This document shows positions 38,573-48,941 of a stretch of DNA of 64,000 bases, in pieces. A program made the translations under genes and the position numbers. The stretch covers positions 434,001 to 498,000 of the forward strand of contig CDROCS010004085.1 in assembly GCA_977020255.1 (NCBI GenBank). Reading direction: 5' to 3'. This stretch comes from Obrimoposthia wandeli. Taxonomy: Eukaryota. Position 1 is the stretch's first letter. The number at the start of each line of letters is the position of its first letter. The notes beneath the pieces were generated by a model that ran no database searches, was not told the DNA's origin, and worked only from the letters and a program-made list of their open reading frames with translations.

Positions 38573-39946
38573 TTAACCTTGCTTTGCCAGAGCAATTTGT
38601 TCTTTAATGATTACCAAACCTGTTTTGAGTTGGCTACGACTCGAAGGGCCCGTTAGCGATATACGTATTGCCGCGGGTACAGGATAACGACCCACTGCAA
38701 ACATTTCTGCTTCGCGAACATGAATCCCTTTATTACGTAGTAGTTTACTAAAGCTATAGCCGGTTAATGGTTCTGGTAAGGGGATCCAACAGTTGAATCC
38801 GGGAATAACCGCATTATTTTGTGATGGAAAATACTGATTGAAAAGTCGATGGCGTGCGCTTAGCTCAAGTGCGATTTCTTTATCAACGGCTTCCATGGCC
38901 CCATTGGTTAGCCAGCGACAAACGAGGTCGATCATCAATGGGCTGATGTGCATGCAATTGGCGCGTAATGTTCGTTGTAAGGTATCTTTTAGTGTTAGCG
39001 GCATAATGAGATAACCGACCCGTAACCCTCCTGCAAAATATTTCGAGAAACTTCCGACATAAATAGTGATATCGGGGGCTATTGCAACTAACGGTGTTTT
39101 ACGATGGCTGGGCGGGCAATACAGCACGTCATCTTCAATGATTAAAACGTTATACCGACGACAAATTTCGATGATTTTTAGGCGACGACTATCGTTAATT
39201 TGTGTTCCCGTTGGGTTCTGAATTGCAGGGGTTAAATAGAGTAGCCGTGGTTTGTGGCGTTTGCAGTGCAGTTCTAAATCTTCGGGAATAATACCGTCAT
39301 CATCCAGTTGTACAGGCACTAATTTACGCTCTGCCTGCTGACAAGCATTGATGAATTCTGCATAGCATAAACCTTCAACAAGAATAGTTTCTTTAGGGCG
39401 AGAAAGTGACTGTAAAATAATGGCTAAGCTATGTTGACCACCATATGTCCAAATTAGGCGGCGATTATCGATATCAACGTTTAAGCGATTGCTTAGCCAC
39501 TGCTGTAAGGTTTTATTATGCCCGTGTAACCCTTCGGCACTGTAATAATCGAGCACGGCTTTTTGTGCCGTAGGCTCATGAGATAAGTCTTGCAGAATTG
39601 TCGATAGGTGCTGTTGTTGGCTTAGTAACAGTGGACGACAAATGGCGAGGTCAATACCTTCTTGAGACGTTACAGGATGATAAAAAGTTTGTTGCTCTGA
39701 TTGCCTATCTTTTACATATGTACCGCTACCCACTTTTGGCTCAATCAATCCTCTTAGTTCTAATTCCTGATAGGCACGGGTAACCGTACCGACTGTTACT
39801 CCAAGGCGATATGACAATATACGCTGCGGTGGCAATTTCGAGTTTACTACCAATTCATTGCTTTCAATGGCTTCCGTTAACGCATCAGCCAATGCCATAA
39901 ATTTCGGACCTGTACGATTAGAGATATCAGGAATGAACATTGTCAC
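38573..39946 (-). CDS. MocR/GabR-type regulator (GntR HTH plus PLP aminotransferase domain)
   Basis: KLPPQR.L...LGVTVGTVTRAY, QNPTG, IIEDD, SFSKYFAGGLRVG. Confidence 0.92.
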   Translation of the reverse strand: MTMFIPDISNRTGPKFMALADALTEAIESNELVVNSKLPPQRILSYRLGVTVGTVTRAYQELELRGLIEPKVGSGTYVKDRQSEQQTFYHPVTSQEGIDLAICRPLLLSQQQHLSTILQDLSHEPTAQKAVLDYYSAEGLHGHNKTLQQWLSNRLNVDIDNRRLIWTYGGQHSLAIILQSLSRPKETILVEGLCYAEFINACQQAERKLVPVQLDDDGIIPEDLELHCKRHKPRLLYLTPAIQNPTGTQINDSRRLKIIEICRRYNVLIIEDDVLYCPPSHRKTPLVAIAPDITIYVGSFSKYFAGGLRVGYLIMPLTLKDTLQRTLRANCMHISPLMIDLVCRWLTNGAMEAVDKEIALELSARHRLFNQYFPSQNNAVIPGFNCWIPLPEPLTGYSFSKLLRNKGIHVREAEMFAVGRYPVPAAIRISLTGPSSRSQLKTGLVIIKEQIALAKQG

Positions 39947-40089
39947 CTTCGGTAGGGGTACATTTAAATACTGAATATAGGATAGATAAGGCTTAATAAG
40001 AAAGAAACAGAAGAATTGTTATGGTGACGCATGAACAATAGGTGAATCGCACAATCTTTCGTTACGCTCGTTATATTAAATAGCGAAGT

Positions 40090-40713
40090 ATGAAGGAACG
40101 AAATATGAATACGGTATGGGATTTATTGCCAGCAATGAGTGTGTTTGCCTTTGTAACGGCGATGACTCCGGGGCCCAATAATTTTTTATTGGCAAGCTCT
40201 GGTGCCCAATTTGGTATACGTCAGTCGGTGCGTCATTTGGTTGGGATCCGTATTGGTGTGATTGGTCTGGTACTGTTATGTGCTGGTGGGGTCGCATTTG
40301 CTCTTAAACAGCACCCAGAACTATACCGTGTTTTACAATTTTTAGGGCTGGGTTACATGCTCTGGCTGGTGGTGAAATTGATGTGTTTTAATGCGATAAG
40401 TCACGGTGGAAGTGCGGGAAAGCCGTTATCAATGAAACAGGCAATGCTATTCCAGTTGGGTAATGTAAAAGCATGGATGGGCTCATTAGCACTAGTAACC
40501 AGTTACAGTTTACCAAGCAATTATTGGTTATCTGTATTCAATATCGTGGTGGTGTTCACTGTCTTTGGGCTGTTTGCGAACACCTGCTGGGCGGGAGTCG
40601 GGCGTTGGATCAATCAATACTTAAATACCTCTTTGAAGCAGCGTGCTTTTAATGTCAGCTTAGGCTGTATGACTTTATTGTCATTACTGCCTGCGATCAC
40701 CGAAATGATTTAG
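40090..40713 (+). CDS. LysE/RhtB family translocator
   Basis: MTPGPNNFLL..SG..FG motif, hydrophobic, divergent from the MocR gene. Confidence 0.9.
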   Translation: MKERNMNTVWDLLPAMSVFAFVTAMTPGPNNFLLASSGAQFGIRQSVRHLVGIRIGVIGLVLLCAGGVAFALKQHPELYRVLQFLGLGYMLWLVVKLMCFNAISHGGSAGKPLSMKQAMLFQLGNVKAWMGSLALVTSYSLPSNYWLSVFNIVVVFTVFGLFANTCWAGVGRWINQYLNTSLKQRAFNVSLGCMTLLSLLPAITEMI

Positions 40714-40878
40714 TTATTGGCTGGAAGCGTTGCCTTCAATGCTGAACAAGTAGTCAGTATCAACATAAATATAAAGTTAACCGATTTTGGAAGGCTATGG
40801 ACTGTCTGAAACCAGCCAAGGTAGCGGGAAAAGAAAAGGGAAGTCAGCGATGACTTCCCTTTAAGGTTTCAAACAGTA

Positions 40879-41724
40879 TTACATGCCAATTGTCATGTGT
40901 AGACCATAGAACACGCCACGGCTTACCAACTCTGATGAGAACACCAAAACAAAGCTAAGTAACATCACAGGTACACCAGGACGGCTAACCATCAAACGTG
41001 GCACAAACCAGACGCCAAGGGCTGCTAGTAGTAGACCCACACGCAAGATTTGTAGCTGCATCATGTCTGGAATTAGATCCGACGCCGATGCGATGGCAGT
41101 GTTAATGTCGCCCAGTGAAATCATTTGGCTGACAGTCGCAATCACACTGACGGCGACCGCAATCGCCCCAAACAACGGCAACGCATTATCCAAGGCTGCC
41201 ATTTTATGATCAGAAGCGGTAAGCAGCATGTGACCAAAAATCAGACCAGAAATAATGGTGGTTAAGATAAATGCCATTGGTGTGTAGACAGTGTCCCACG
41301 TTGGCACTGTGTCGATCAGGTACACTTTGATCATCGAGTACATGAAGCTCACACCAATGATCATAGCAATCACTAACAAAGCTTTACGTAACGACTCTGC
41401 GCCTTTATCTAGCACTTCCAGTAGCCAATAGAAACCACCTGCGGCAAAGAATAAGCTACCAGTGAAGATTTCATTAGACAGCCACGAACTGCCCACTTGG
41501 TTCAAGGCATTCATCGCGCGTAATGGGCTGCCAAGGTGCACGGTAGATGCCATGAAACCTAAACCCATTAATACCCAAATGAAAAACATGTTTTTGTGTA
41601 AGCGGTCACTTTCACCGATACACAATTTGCCTGCCAAGATTACGCAGCCAAGCAGTAGGAATGCACCCACTGCGGTTTGTGCTAATACCGTGAATAGAAT
41701 CAACGGCCATTCATGCCAAGCCAT
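40879..41724 (-). CDS. dmsC: DMSO reductase membrane anchor
   Basis: HEWPLILFTVLAQ, S..HLGSPLRA.N, SWLSNEI, RGVFYGLHMT; start refined to ATG 41724; terminator at about 40835-40863. Confidence 0.93.
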   Translation of the reverse strand: MAWHEWPLILFTVLAQTAVGAFLLLGCVILAGKLCIGESDRLHKNMFFIWVLMGLGFMASTVHLGSPLRAMNALNQVGSSWLSNEIFTGSLFFAAGGFYWLLEVLDKGAESLRKALLVIAMIIGVSFMYSMIKVYLIDTVPTWDTVYTPMAFILTTIISGLIFGHMLLTASDHKMAALDNALPLFGAIAVAVSVIATVSQMISLGDINTAIASASDLIPDMMQLQILRVGLLLAALGVWFVPRLMVSRPGVPVMLLSFVLVFSSELVSRGVFYGLHMTIGM

Positions 41725-41725
41725 G

Positions 41726-42340
41726 TTATACCTCCTTCGGATTTGCCAAGTGACCGGTTTGATCATCCGTCGGACGCGCATTTCGGTTCAGCTTAATGAC
41801 AATGTTTGGTTTTGTTGTTAGTGATGACGGTAAAGGAGCAACATCTGCATTTGTACCGTATTTTTCACGCAATTCCGCAATCGGACCAAACTCTAGTGCA
41901 CGCAGTGGACAAGAACCAACACAGATTGGCTCTAGCCCTTGAGCAACACGTTCGTAACAGCCGTCACACTTGGTCATGTGACCTTTTTCTTCGTTGTACT
42001 GCGGTGCGCCGTAAGGGCAGGCCATTTCACAGTACTTACAGCCGATGCAAACATCTTCATCGACAATCACGAAGCCGTCTTCACGTTTGTGCATAGCGCC
42101 ACTAGGGCATACTTTGGTACAAGCAGGTTCGTCACAATGGTTACAAGCGATTGAAAGGTAGTACGAGTACACATCCTGACGGAAGGTATCTCCTTCTTTA
42201 ATCCAGTTGCCGCCTGCGTATTCATAGATGCGACGATAGTTCACGCCGATGTCTAAGTCTTTGTTATCTTTACAAGATAGCTGACAGGTTTTGCAGCCAG
42301 TGCATTTGCTTGAATCGATATAAAAGCCGTATTGTTTCAT
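41726..42340 (-). CDS. dmsB: DMSO reductase iron-sulfur subunit
   Basis: QYGFYIDSSKCTGCKTCQLSC and three further 4Fe-4S Cys groups. Confidence 0.96.
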   Translation of the reverse strand: MKQYGFYIDSSKCTGCKTCQLSCKDNKDLDIGVNYRRIYEYAGGNWIKEGDTFRQDVYSYYLSIACNHCDEPACTKVCPSGAMHKREDGFVIVDEDVCIGCKYCEMACPYGAPQYNEEKGHMTKCDGCYERVAQGLEPICVGSCPLRALEFGPIAELREKYGTNADVAPLPSSLTTKPNIVIKLNRNARPTDDQTGHLANPKEV

Positions 42341-42350
42341 GATTTAACCC

Positions 42351-44795
42351 TTATGCCTTCTTCACAAGTTGCACGTCGACTAAGTTTGTATGCTGTGGGT
42401 TGCCTTTTGCTAACGGGCTAGGGCGCTGAGTGGTTAGTACGTTAATACAGCCACTGTGATCGATACGTTGTCCATCAGGGGCGTACCAAGCACCTTCACC
42501 TAACGCTACAACACCTGGCATCATTCGAGGTGTGACTTTTGCGTTGATGTGCACTTCACCACGGTCGTTGAAAATACGAATTAGATCGCCATTTTTTATC
42601 CCACGCGTTTGGGCATCTAACGGGTTTAACCACATTTCTTGTTTAGCGGCATCTTTTAAGATATCAACGTTACCGTACGTCGAGTGAGTACGTGCTTTAT
42701 AATGGAAACCCGTTAATTGAAGCGGGTAGTTACCTTGTTTAGAGGCTTCCCATCCTTCGAAATTAGGTGTGTAAACCGGTAATGGATGGATTGTTTCATC
42801 TGCATCCAATTCCCATGTTTGACCTATGCTAGCCAAGCGTTCTGAATAAATTTCAATTTTACCAGAAGGTGTTCTTAGCGGATTTGTTTCAGGGTTTTCA
42901 CGGAAATCTTTATAAGCGACAAAATGCTCTTTCACAAAGCGCTTATAAATACCTTGCTCACGCATGGCTTCGAACGTTGGAAGTAATGGATCTTGTGCGC
43001 GGGTTAGTTGGTATAGGTGACGTAACCAACCTTCTTGATCGCGACCTTCAGTAAAGGCTTCTTCAACCCCTAATTTCTGTGCCAGACCAGTACAAATATC
43101 GTAAATACTCTTTGCTTCAAATTGCGGTTTAATCGCTTGTGATGCAAAGATGAAATACGGCATGTTGCCAGCTGATGCATCCATACAGAAATCGGATTGC
43201 TCAGAGGTGGTTAAATCAGGTAGTACGATATCGGCATATTTAGCAGATGACGTCATGTGGTTATCTATTACCACAATCATTTCACAGGCTTTTTCATCTT
43301 GAAGAATGTCATGGGTACGGTTGATATCAGCATGCTGATTAATCAAACAGTTACCTGCGTAATTCCAGATGAACTTAATAGGCACATCAAGTTTTTCTTT
43401 ACCGCGAATACCATCGGCCGTTGCTGTCATTTCAGGACCGCGGAAAATAGCATCAGTCCACAAGAACATTGGAATAGATGCTTCAATAGGGTTCTTTAAT
43501 GTAGGGAAGCGAACAAAAGGAATGCTAGAGCTGCTTTCGCGTGCCCCTGTACCACCACCGTTAAGGCCAACATTTCCTGTTAATAAAGCTAGCATTGCAA
43601 TCGCACGGGATGCGATTTCGCCATTAGCGGTACGTTGTAGTCCCCAGCCTTGAATAATGGCACAAGGTTTAGTTGAGCCAATTTCGCGCGCTGCTTTGAT
43701 AATTATGTCAGCAGGAATTCCCGTAATTGATGAAGCCCACTCAGGGGTTTTCTCTACTTCATCATTACCTAGCCCTAAAATATAAGACTTATAATCGCTG
43801 TTTGCAGGGGCAGATGCTGGTAATGTTTTTTCATCATAACCGACACAATATTTATCAAGGAAAGCTTGATCAACCAAGTCATCTTTGATCATCACATGTG
43901 CCATTGCCGCAATAAAGGCAGTATCTGTACCTGGGCGAATAGGAATCCACTGATCTTCACGTCCACCTGCTGTATCGGTATAGCGAGGATCGATCACGAT
44001 CATGCGTGCATTAGATTTCGCTTTGCCTTCCATGAAGTGATGAATAACACCACCGCCAGACATACGCGTTTCTGCAGGATTATTACCAAACTGTACAATT
44101 AGCTTGGTATTTTCTAAATCAGAAGGGGAGTTATTTGCCGCAAAGCCCCCGTAAGTGTAGTTCAGACCTACTGCAATTTGTGCCGTTGAGTAATCACCAT
44201 AATGGTTTAAATAGCCACCGTTTAGGTTCATTAAGCGAGCAATCAAACTACCACCCGGAGGCCATGATTTAGTTACTGTACCGCCTAGAGTACCAGTGCC
44301 GTAATTTAAGTAAATTGCTTCATTGCCGTAGTCTTTACGAATAGTGGTAATAGAAGCTGCGATCTCATTGAAAGCTTCATCCCAACTAATGCGTTTGAAT
44401 TTACCTTCACCACGCTTGCCAACGCGTTTCATTGGATATTTTAAGCGATCAGGATTATATACGCGGCGGCGCATTGAACGACCCCGTAAGCAGGCACGTA
44501 CTTGATGATGACCATATTCGTCATTGCCTGTGTTATCGGTTTCAACCCATGTGATTTCGCCATCAGATACATGCATACGTAATGGACAGCGGCTGCCACA
44601 GTTTACGGTACAAGAACTCCATACAACTTTATCTTCAGTTGGCGTTGCAGGCGTAGCGGCAACAGCGGAGGATGATTTAAAAGGTAGCGCCATACTGCTG
44701 GCAACTGCTGCCAAACTGCCTAATATCGAACTCGATTTAACGAAATTTCGGCGAGACAGTTTAGGTGTCGGTAGCTCTTTCAATTTTATTTTCAT
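42351..44795 (-). CDS. dmsA: DMSO/N-oxide reductase molybdopterin catalytic subunit (DmsA/YnfE family)
   Basis: Tat signal SRRNFVK, CTVNCGSRC FS0 motif, RACLRGRS, DYSTAQ Ser ligand. Confidence 0.93.
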   Translation of the reverse strand: MKIKLKELPTPKLSRRNFVKSSSILGSLAAVASSMALPFKSSSAVAATPATPTEDKVVWSSCTVNCGSRCPLRMHVSDGEITWVETDNTGNDEYGHHQVRACLRGRSMRRRVYNPDRLKYPMKRVGKRGEGKFKRISWDEAFNEIAASITTIRKDYGNEAIYLNYGTGTLGGTVTKSWPPGGSLIARLMNLNGGYLNHYGDYSTAQIAVGLNYTYGGFAANNSPSDLENTKLIVQFGNNPAETRMSGGGVIHHFMEGKAKSNARMIVIDPRYTDTAGGREDQWIPIRPGTDTAFIAAMAHVMIKDDLVDQAFLDKYCVGYDEKTLPASAPANSDYKSYILGLGNDEVEKTPEWASSITGIPADIIIKAAREIGSTKPCAIIQGWGLQRTANGEIASRAIAMLALLTGNVGLNGGGTGARESSSSIPFVRFPTLKNPIEASIPMFLWTDAIFRGPEMTATADGIRGKEKLDVPIKFIWNYAGNCLINQHADINRTHDILQDEKACEMIVVIDNHMTSSAKYADIVLPDLTTSEQSDFCMDASAGNMPYFIFASQAIKPQFEAKSIYDICTGLAQKLGVEEAFTEGRDQEGWLRHLYQLTRAQDPLLPTFEAMREQGIYKRFVKEHFVAYKDFRENPETNPLRTPSGKIEIYSERLASIGQTWELDADETIHPLPVYTPNFEGWEASKQGNYPLQLTGFHYKARTHSTYGNVDILKDAAKQEMWLNPLDAQTRGIKNGDLIRIFNDRGEVHINAKVTPRMMPGVVALGEGAWYAPDGQRIDHSGCINVLTTQRPSPLAKGNPQHTNLVDVQLVKKA

Positions 44796-44872
44796 AGCAC
44801 GACATTCTCTGTGTTATTGCTGACACAATTGTTTTTTATATGATTAATAAATCACGATTATGATTTAAGCTC

Positions 44873-44888
44873 TACTCTTTAAGTGGTA
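44873..44888. promoter_or_regulatory. Candidate NarP/NarL 7-2-7 site upstream of dmsA
   Basis: TACTCTT-ta-AGTGGTA, embedded in the larger palindrome AAGCTCTAC...GTAGAGCTT. Confidence 0.55.
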
Positions 44889-44990
44889 GAGCTTTATTAG
44901 CCATACTTTCTTTTTTGTTGTCTATTTACTATGTCTTGCATCAATAAAAACAAGAGAGGGAAACACGCTATATTTAAAATTGTATGATAT

Positions 44991-45082
44991 TTGACTAGGA
45001 TCACTATTAATAAGTATTTTCGATGCCTTAGGGGGATTTACGTAGTAAAAATCATTCTTATTCAGTTATTAATGATCTTCAA
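44991..45082. promoter_or_regulatory. Two candidate FNR sites in the dmsA/dmsD divergent region
   Basis: TTGAC-tagg-ATCAC (44991-45004) and TTAAT-gatc-TTCAA (45069-45082), each 8/10 to TTGAT-N4-ATCAA. Confidence 0.4.
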
Positions 45083-45158
45083 GATTGCGTTAAAACAATT
45101 TTCTTCTAATGTTCTTGGGGTAGACTCAAAATGTATCTAGTCCAAATAATGAGGAATC

Positions 45159-45743
45159 ATGGAAAACATCGCGATTGTTGCAAAGCTATTGGGCAGCTTC
45201 TTTTATTTCCCATTAACACATGAGAATAATATTCAATATTTAAACGCTATTAAAAATAGTGATGACGTAAATGATACGGTTTTTTCTGCATTTGTTTCTG
45301 CTATTGAGAATACAAATGAAGAAGCGTTATGTGTTGATTTCCAATTACTATTCGAAGGGTGCGAAATAATGCCAGCGCCACCATGGGGATCGGTTTATTT
45401 AGATCATGAACAAGTGATCTTTGGTGATTCTACGTTACGTTTACGACAGTTTTTAGCTAGTCATAATATGTTGTTAGATACAGGAATGCGTGAGCCGGAA
45501 GATCAATTCGGATTAACCTTGCTAGCCTTAGCAAACATTATTGATCAATGTGACGATGTAACGGTAGTAACAGCCTTGTTAGCCGATCACCTTTTACCAT
45601 GGGCATATCATTACCTCGCATTGGTACAAAAGCATGGTCAGACAGAGGTGTATAAAGTATTGGCTGAACTAGCACAAGAGTGGTTAGCTGCGGTTCAGAA
45701 AGAACTGAGTGTGACACCTCAAACGTATAAATTATATTTCTGA
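45159..45743 (+). CDS. dmsD: Tat proofreading chaperone (TorD/DmsD family)
   Basis: APPWGSVYLD, EPEDQFG, HLLPW. Confidence 0.93.
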   Translation: MENIAIVAKLLGSFFYFPLTHENNIQYLNAIKNSDDVNDTVFSAFVSAIENTNEEALCVDFQLLFEGCEIMPAPPWGSVYLDHEQVIFGDSTLRLRQFLASHNMLLDTGMREPEDQFGLTLLALANIIDQCDDVTVVTALLADHLLPWAYHYLALVQKHGQTEVYKVLAELAQEWLAAVQKELSVTPQTYKLYF

Positions 45744-46300
45744 TGGCCGAGCGTAACGAAAAATATTATCGGGCGTGTCTAGAGCATTACTCCGTAAGCC
45801 GACGAGGCTTATTAAGGGGATTCTTCTCTGGTGCAAATAAAGCTATTCAGCCACCAGATGATATATCGGTAAAACGCTCTGTGCCTCGCCCTCCTGGCGC
45901 TGTAGAAGAAGGTATTTTTTTACAGTTATGCCAATCATGCAATCATTGTGAAACGGCATGTGTGCAGCAAGTGATTGAAATGGTTGAAGGGCGGCCTCAG
46001 CTTAATCTTGATTACAATCACTGCACGCAATGTGGTGAATGCCAAAAAGCCTGTTTATCTGGTGCATTATCATCGACAAACAATGATATTGGTCTGCGTC
46101 CATTATTCTCGAAAGGATGTAATAATCGATTGTCTGGTGAATGCCTAATCTGTACCGATGCTTGCCCGACACAGGCGATCTCTGTTGCCTCTCGTCAGTT
46201 ACCTATTATAGATACAGATTTGTGTTCTGGGTGCGGCCAGTGTCGTTCAGCATGTTTTATTGGTGCTGTTCAACTTGAATGGCCAACAGCTCGCAATTAG
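45743..46300 (+). CDS. napF: NapF-like 4Fe-4S ferredoxin
   Basis: SRRGLLRG, RPPGA, four C-x2-C-x2-C-x3-C groups; start overlaps the dmsD stop. Confidence 0.75.
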   Translation: MAERNEKYYRACLEHYSVSRRGLLRGFFSGANKAIQPPDDISVKRSVPRPPGAVEEGIFLQLCQSCNHCETACVQQVIEMVEGRPQLNLDYNHCTQCGECQKACLSGALSSTNNDIGLRPLFSKGCNNRLSGECLICTDACPTQAISVASRQLPIIDTDLCSGCGQCRSACFIGAVQLEWPTARN

Positions 46301-46449
46301 GCGAGCTGTATATTTCACCTATATCTTTTTATGCAACAAAGATTGGCTTCCTCAGCACTATTTATTCCTCTAAATCAATATTGTATAAATGACGAACTAC
46401 ACTTTATTGATGAACTTAGCGGTAATACTTTTGTTTTTTAGGAGGTAAG

Positions 46450-46827
46450 ATGAGCGCTCTACACGGATTAACCATTGAAATTGATCGTGATCGTAATAAC
46501 TTCTTCATGGAAATAAAGGCAATCGGTACGCTAACGCATGCTGATTACGAAAAAATCACCCCAATCATTGATGATGCGTTAGAAGGTGTAACGGTACCGA
46601 TTGTGAATGTCTATATCGATGGTACTGAGTTCGATGGATGGCAGCTACAAGCCGCGTGGGACGATCTAAAACTAGGGCTAAAGCACGGCAAAAAGTTCGA
46701 TAAAGTGGCTTTATACGGTAACCAGCATTGGCAAGAAGTGATGTCAAAAATTGGCAGTTGGTTTGTATCTGGTGAAGTTAAATATTTTGACGATCCACTT
46801 GAAGCGTTAGCATGGCTAAGAGACTAG
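46450..46827 (+). CDS. STAS/SEC14 (SpoIIAA-like) domain protein
   Basis: GTLTHADY, WDDLKLGLKH, KVALYG, EVKYF...EALAWL; GGAGG SD. Confidence 0.85.
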   Translation: MSALHGLTIEIDRDRNNFFMEIKAIGTLTHADYEKITPIIDDALEGVTVPIVNVYIDGTEFDGWQLQAAWDDLKLGLKHGKKFDKVALYGNQHWQEVMSKIGSWFVSGEVKYFDDPLEALAWLRD

Positions 46828-46996
46828 ATTTCCTGAAAGGATGACGAACAGTGAATAGGGTTATTTAAAGTGTCCAATATTATTGTTTTCATTAAATTTA
46901 ATTACATTTAATCACTGTATGAATGATTGTTTTACGATAAAATCAAATGACGTTCGATATGTAACTGCTTGAATCGATATAACACAGGCTTAAAGA

Positions 46997-47767
46997 ATGA
47001 AAATAACTACGATCGCATCCGTCATCACTACCGCTTTAATTCCCGTCATGTTTTCTTCAACGTGTATGGCATATACATCGAATGATGTTGAATCGGTAAA
47101 TAGTGTTGACGTTGCAAGTACAACGGAAGTACAGAGTGATACACCAACGAAAGCAACAACAGTCAATACAGGTGAGATTGATGCTGTAACAATGCCTCGT
47201 TTTGATGATTCACCACGTTATTTTGTCGGCATTATGGCAGGTTCTAGTAAGCTAAATGGAACCGATATTGCCACATTAGGCAGCGATTCCCAAGAGGCTT
47301 CAAACCCCGATGCAAGTGGTTTTGGTGGTTTCGCTATCGGTCGATACAGCGAAAATGGTGGCAGTCGTATATATTACAGTTACGAGCAGCATTCGGCAGA
47401 CACACAATTTAGCTCTGCCTTATCTTACTCGACAAAAACGAGCCTGCATTTACTGAATGCTGATCGTATTTTTCGTGCCGATAAAAGCGTAAACCCTTTT
47501 ATCGGATTACATTTTGGTTATGGGAAGGTGAAGTCTGATTCTGAACTTTCTAGTGGTTATAGCGATTCTGGGCTTATCTTTGGTTTACAGGCTGGTATTG
47601 CTTGGCGTGCCAGTGAACAATTTACCATTGAGCTAGGGCTTCGTCATACAGTTTTGCCTGATAACCCTAAAGAATGGTCTGCGACCAGTGGTGGTAACAC
47701 CTATAAGTTTCAGTCCACGCAAAGTACATTGTCTTCAGGGTATTTGGGGGCCAATTACCGTTTCTAA
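46997..47767 (+). CDS. Outer-membrane beta-barrel (OmpA/porin-like membrane domain) protein
   Basis: Signal peptide, amphipathic strands, C-terminal GANYRF. Confidence 0.75.
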   Translation: MKITTIASVITTALIPVMFSSTCMAYTSNDVESVNSVDVASTTEVQSDTPTKATTVNTGEIDAVTMPRFDDSPRYFVGIMAGSSKLNGTDIATLGSDSQEASNPDASGFGGFAIGRYSENGGSRIYYSYEQHSADTQFSSALSYSTKTSLHLLNADRIFRADKSVNPFIGLHFGYGKVKSDSELSSGYSDSGLIFGLQAGIAWRASEQFTIELGLRHTVLPDNPKEWSATSGGNTYKFQSTQSTLSSGYLGANYRF

Positions 47768-47914
47768 TCGTATATTGGGTATATCCACTTTGCTTAGGTA
47801 ACACGCATTTAGCCTTAATAAGTGCGTGTTCATAACACCGCTGTTTACTCAGCCTTTCAGCCGCGTATAATGCCCACCTCATAAACGACAATCATTATCA
47901 ATAAGGACTTCATT

Positions 47915-48790
47915 TTGAAGCTATTTGTCAGAGATCTTACGGTTATTGACGCCTCATACTTGTGTGACGAGCGCGGAATGGTCGGTGAAAGTTGGATTCT
48001 TGATGTGGTGATGTCGGGCGAATTGAATGAAATGAGTATGCTGCTTGATTTCAGTCGCGTTAAAAAGCAAATTAAGTTCATGGTTGACGAGCATGTCGAT
48101 CATCGTTTGATTGTGCCAAGCAACAATACTGCGATTCGAACAGCGACCACGAAAGCAGGTTATGCGACGGTAGATTTACTACGTGGTGATAAAAGTATTC
48201 ACCTGCATAGCCCTGAAGAAGCGTACTGCTTTATTGATGCAGAAAAAGTAACGATTGAATCTGTGACGGCATACTTGCATAACGTACTTAAAGGTAATTT
48301 GCCTGATAACGTTAAAGGGTTAGATCTAACTTTGCGTCATGAAAAAATTGATGGCCCCTTTTATCATTACAGCCATGGTTTAAAAAAGCACGACGGCAAC
48401 TGCCAACGCATTGCTCATGGTCATCGCTCTCCCGTTGAGCTGTTTGTTGATGGTGTTCGCCATACTGAACTAGAACAGCAATGGGCAAATCGCTGGGAAG
48501 ATATTTATTTAGGCACGAAAGAAGACATGATTTCTGTGACTGAATTAAACCTTAGCGAGCATGCGACATCTGTTACCGATGATGGTTATTTCGGTTTTCG
48601 TTATACTGCGCCGCAAGGTGAGTTCGAGCTGGCGATAGCGAAATCAGAAACTGAAATTATTGATACCGATACCACTGTCGAGTTATTAGCATCGTATATT
48701 GCTAATGAAGTGAAGCAATCACTGAATGATGAATCACTTGAAGTCGTTGCTTACGAAGGTGTCGGCAAAGGCGCTATGGCTTCAGCTTAA
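47915..48790 (+). CDS. queD: Tandem-domain 6-carboxytetrahydropterin synthase (QueD/PTPS-like)
   Basis: Second half has YSHGL...CQRIAHGHRS (PTPS Cys/HGH motif) and TTVE; first half has a degenerate LDFS.VKK motif; TTG start. Confidence 0.7.
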   Translation: MKLFVRDLTVIDASYLCDERGMVGESWILDVVMSGELNEMSMLLDFSRVKKQIKFMVDEHVDHRLIVPSNNTAIRTATTKAGYATVDLLRGDKSIHLHSPEEAYCFIDAEKVTIESVTAYLHNVLKGNLPDNVKGLDLTLRHEKIDGPFYHYSHGLKKHDGNCQRIAHGHRSPVELFVDGVRHTELEQQWANRWEDIYLGTKEDMISVTELNLSEHATSVTDDGYFGFRYTAPQGEFELAIAKSETEIIDTDTTVELLASYIANEVKQSLNDESLEVVAYEGVGKGAMASA

Positions 48791-48820
48791 TCGACTTTTG
48801 CTTAATTAGCCTCTGCGAAT

Positions 48821-48870
48821 AAAAGCCCATTATCATCTGTTTTTACAGCTATGATAATGGGCTTTTTTAT
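48821..48870. terminator. Bidirectional terminator
   Basis: AAAAGCCCATTATCAT...ATGATAATGGGCTTTTTT. Confidence 0.85.
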
Positions 48871-48941
48871 TACCTGTTGATTATGTTCTTATAAATCCAT
48901 AGTTTTAATCGAACTGAATGTATTTTTTAGATGTTATCGCG

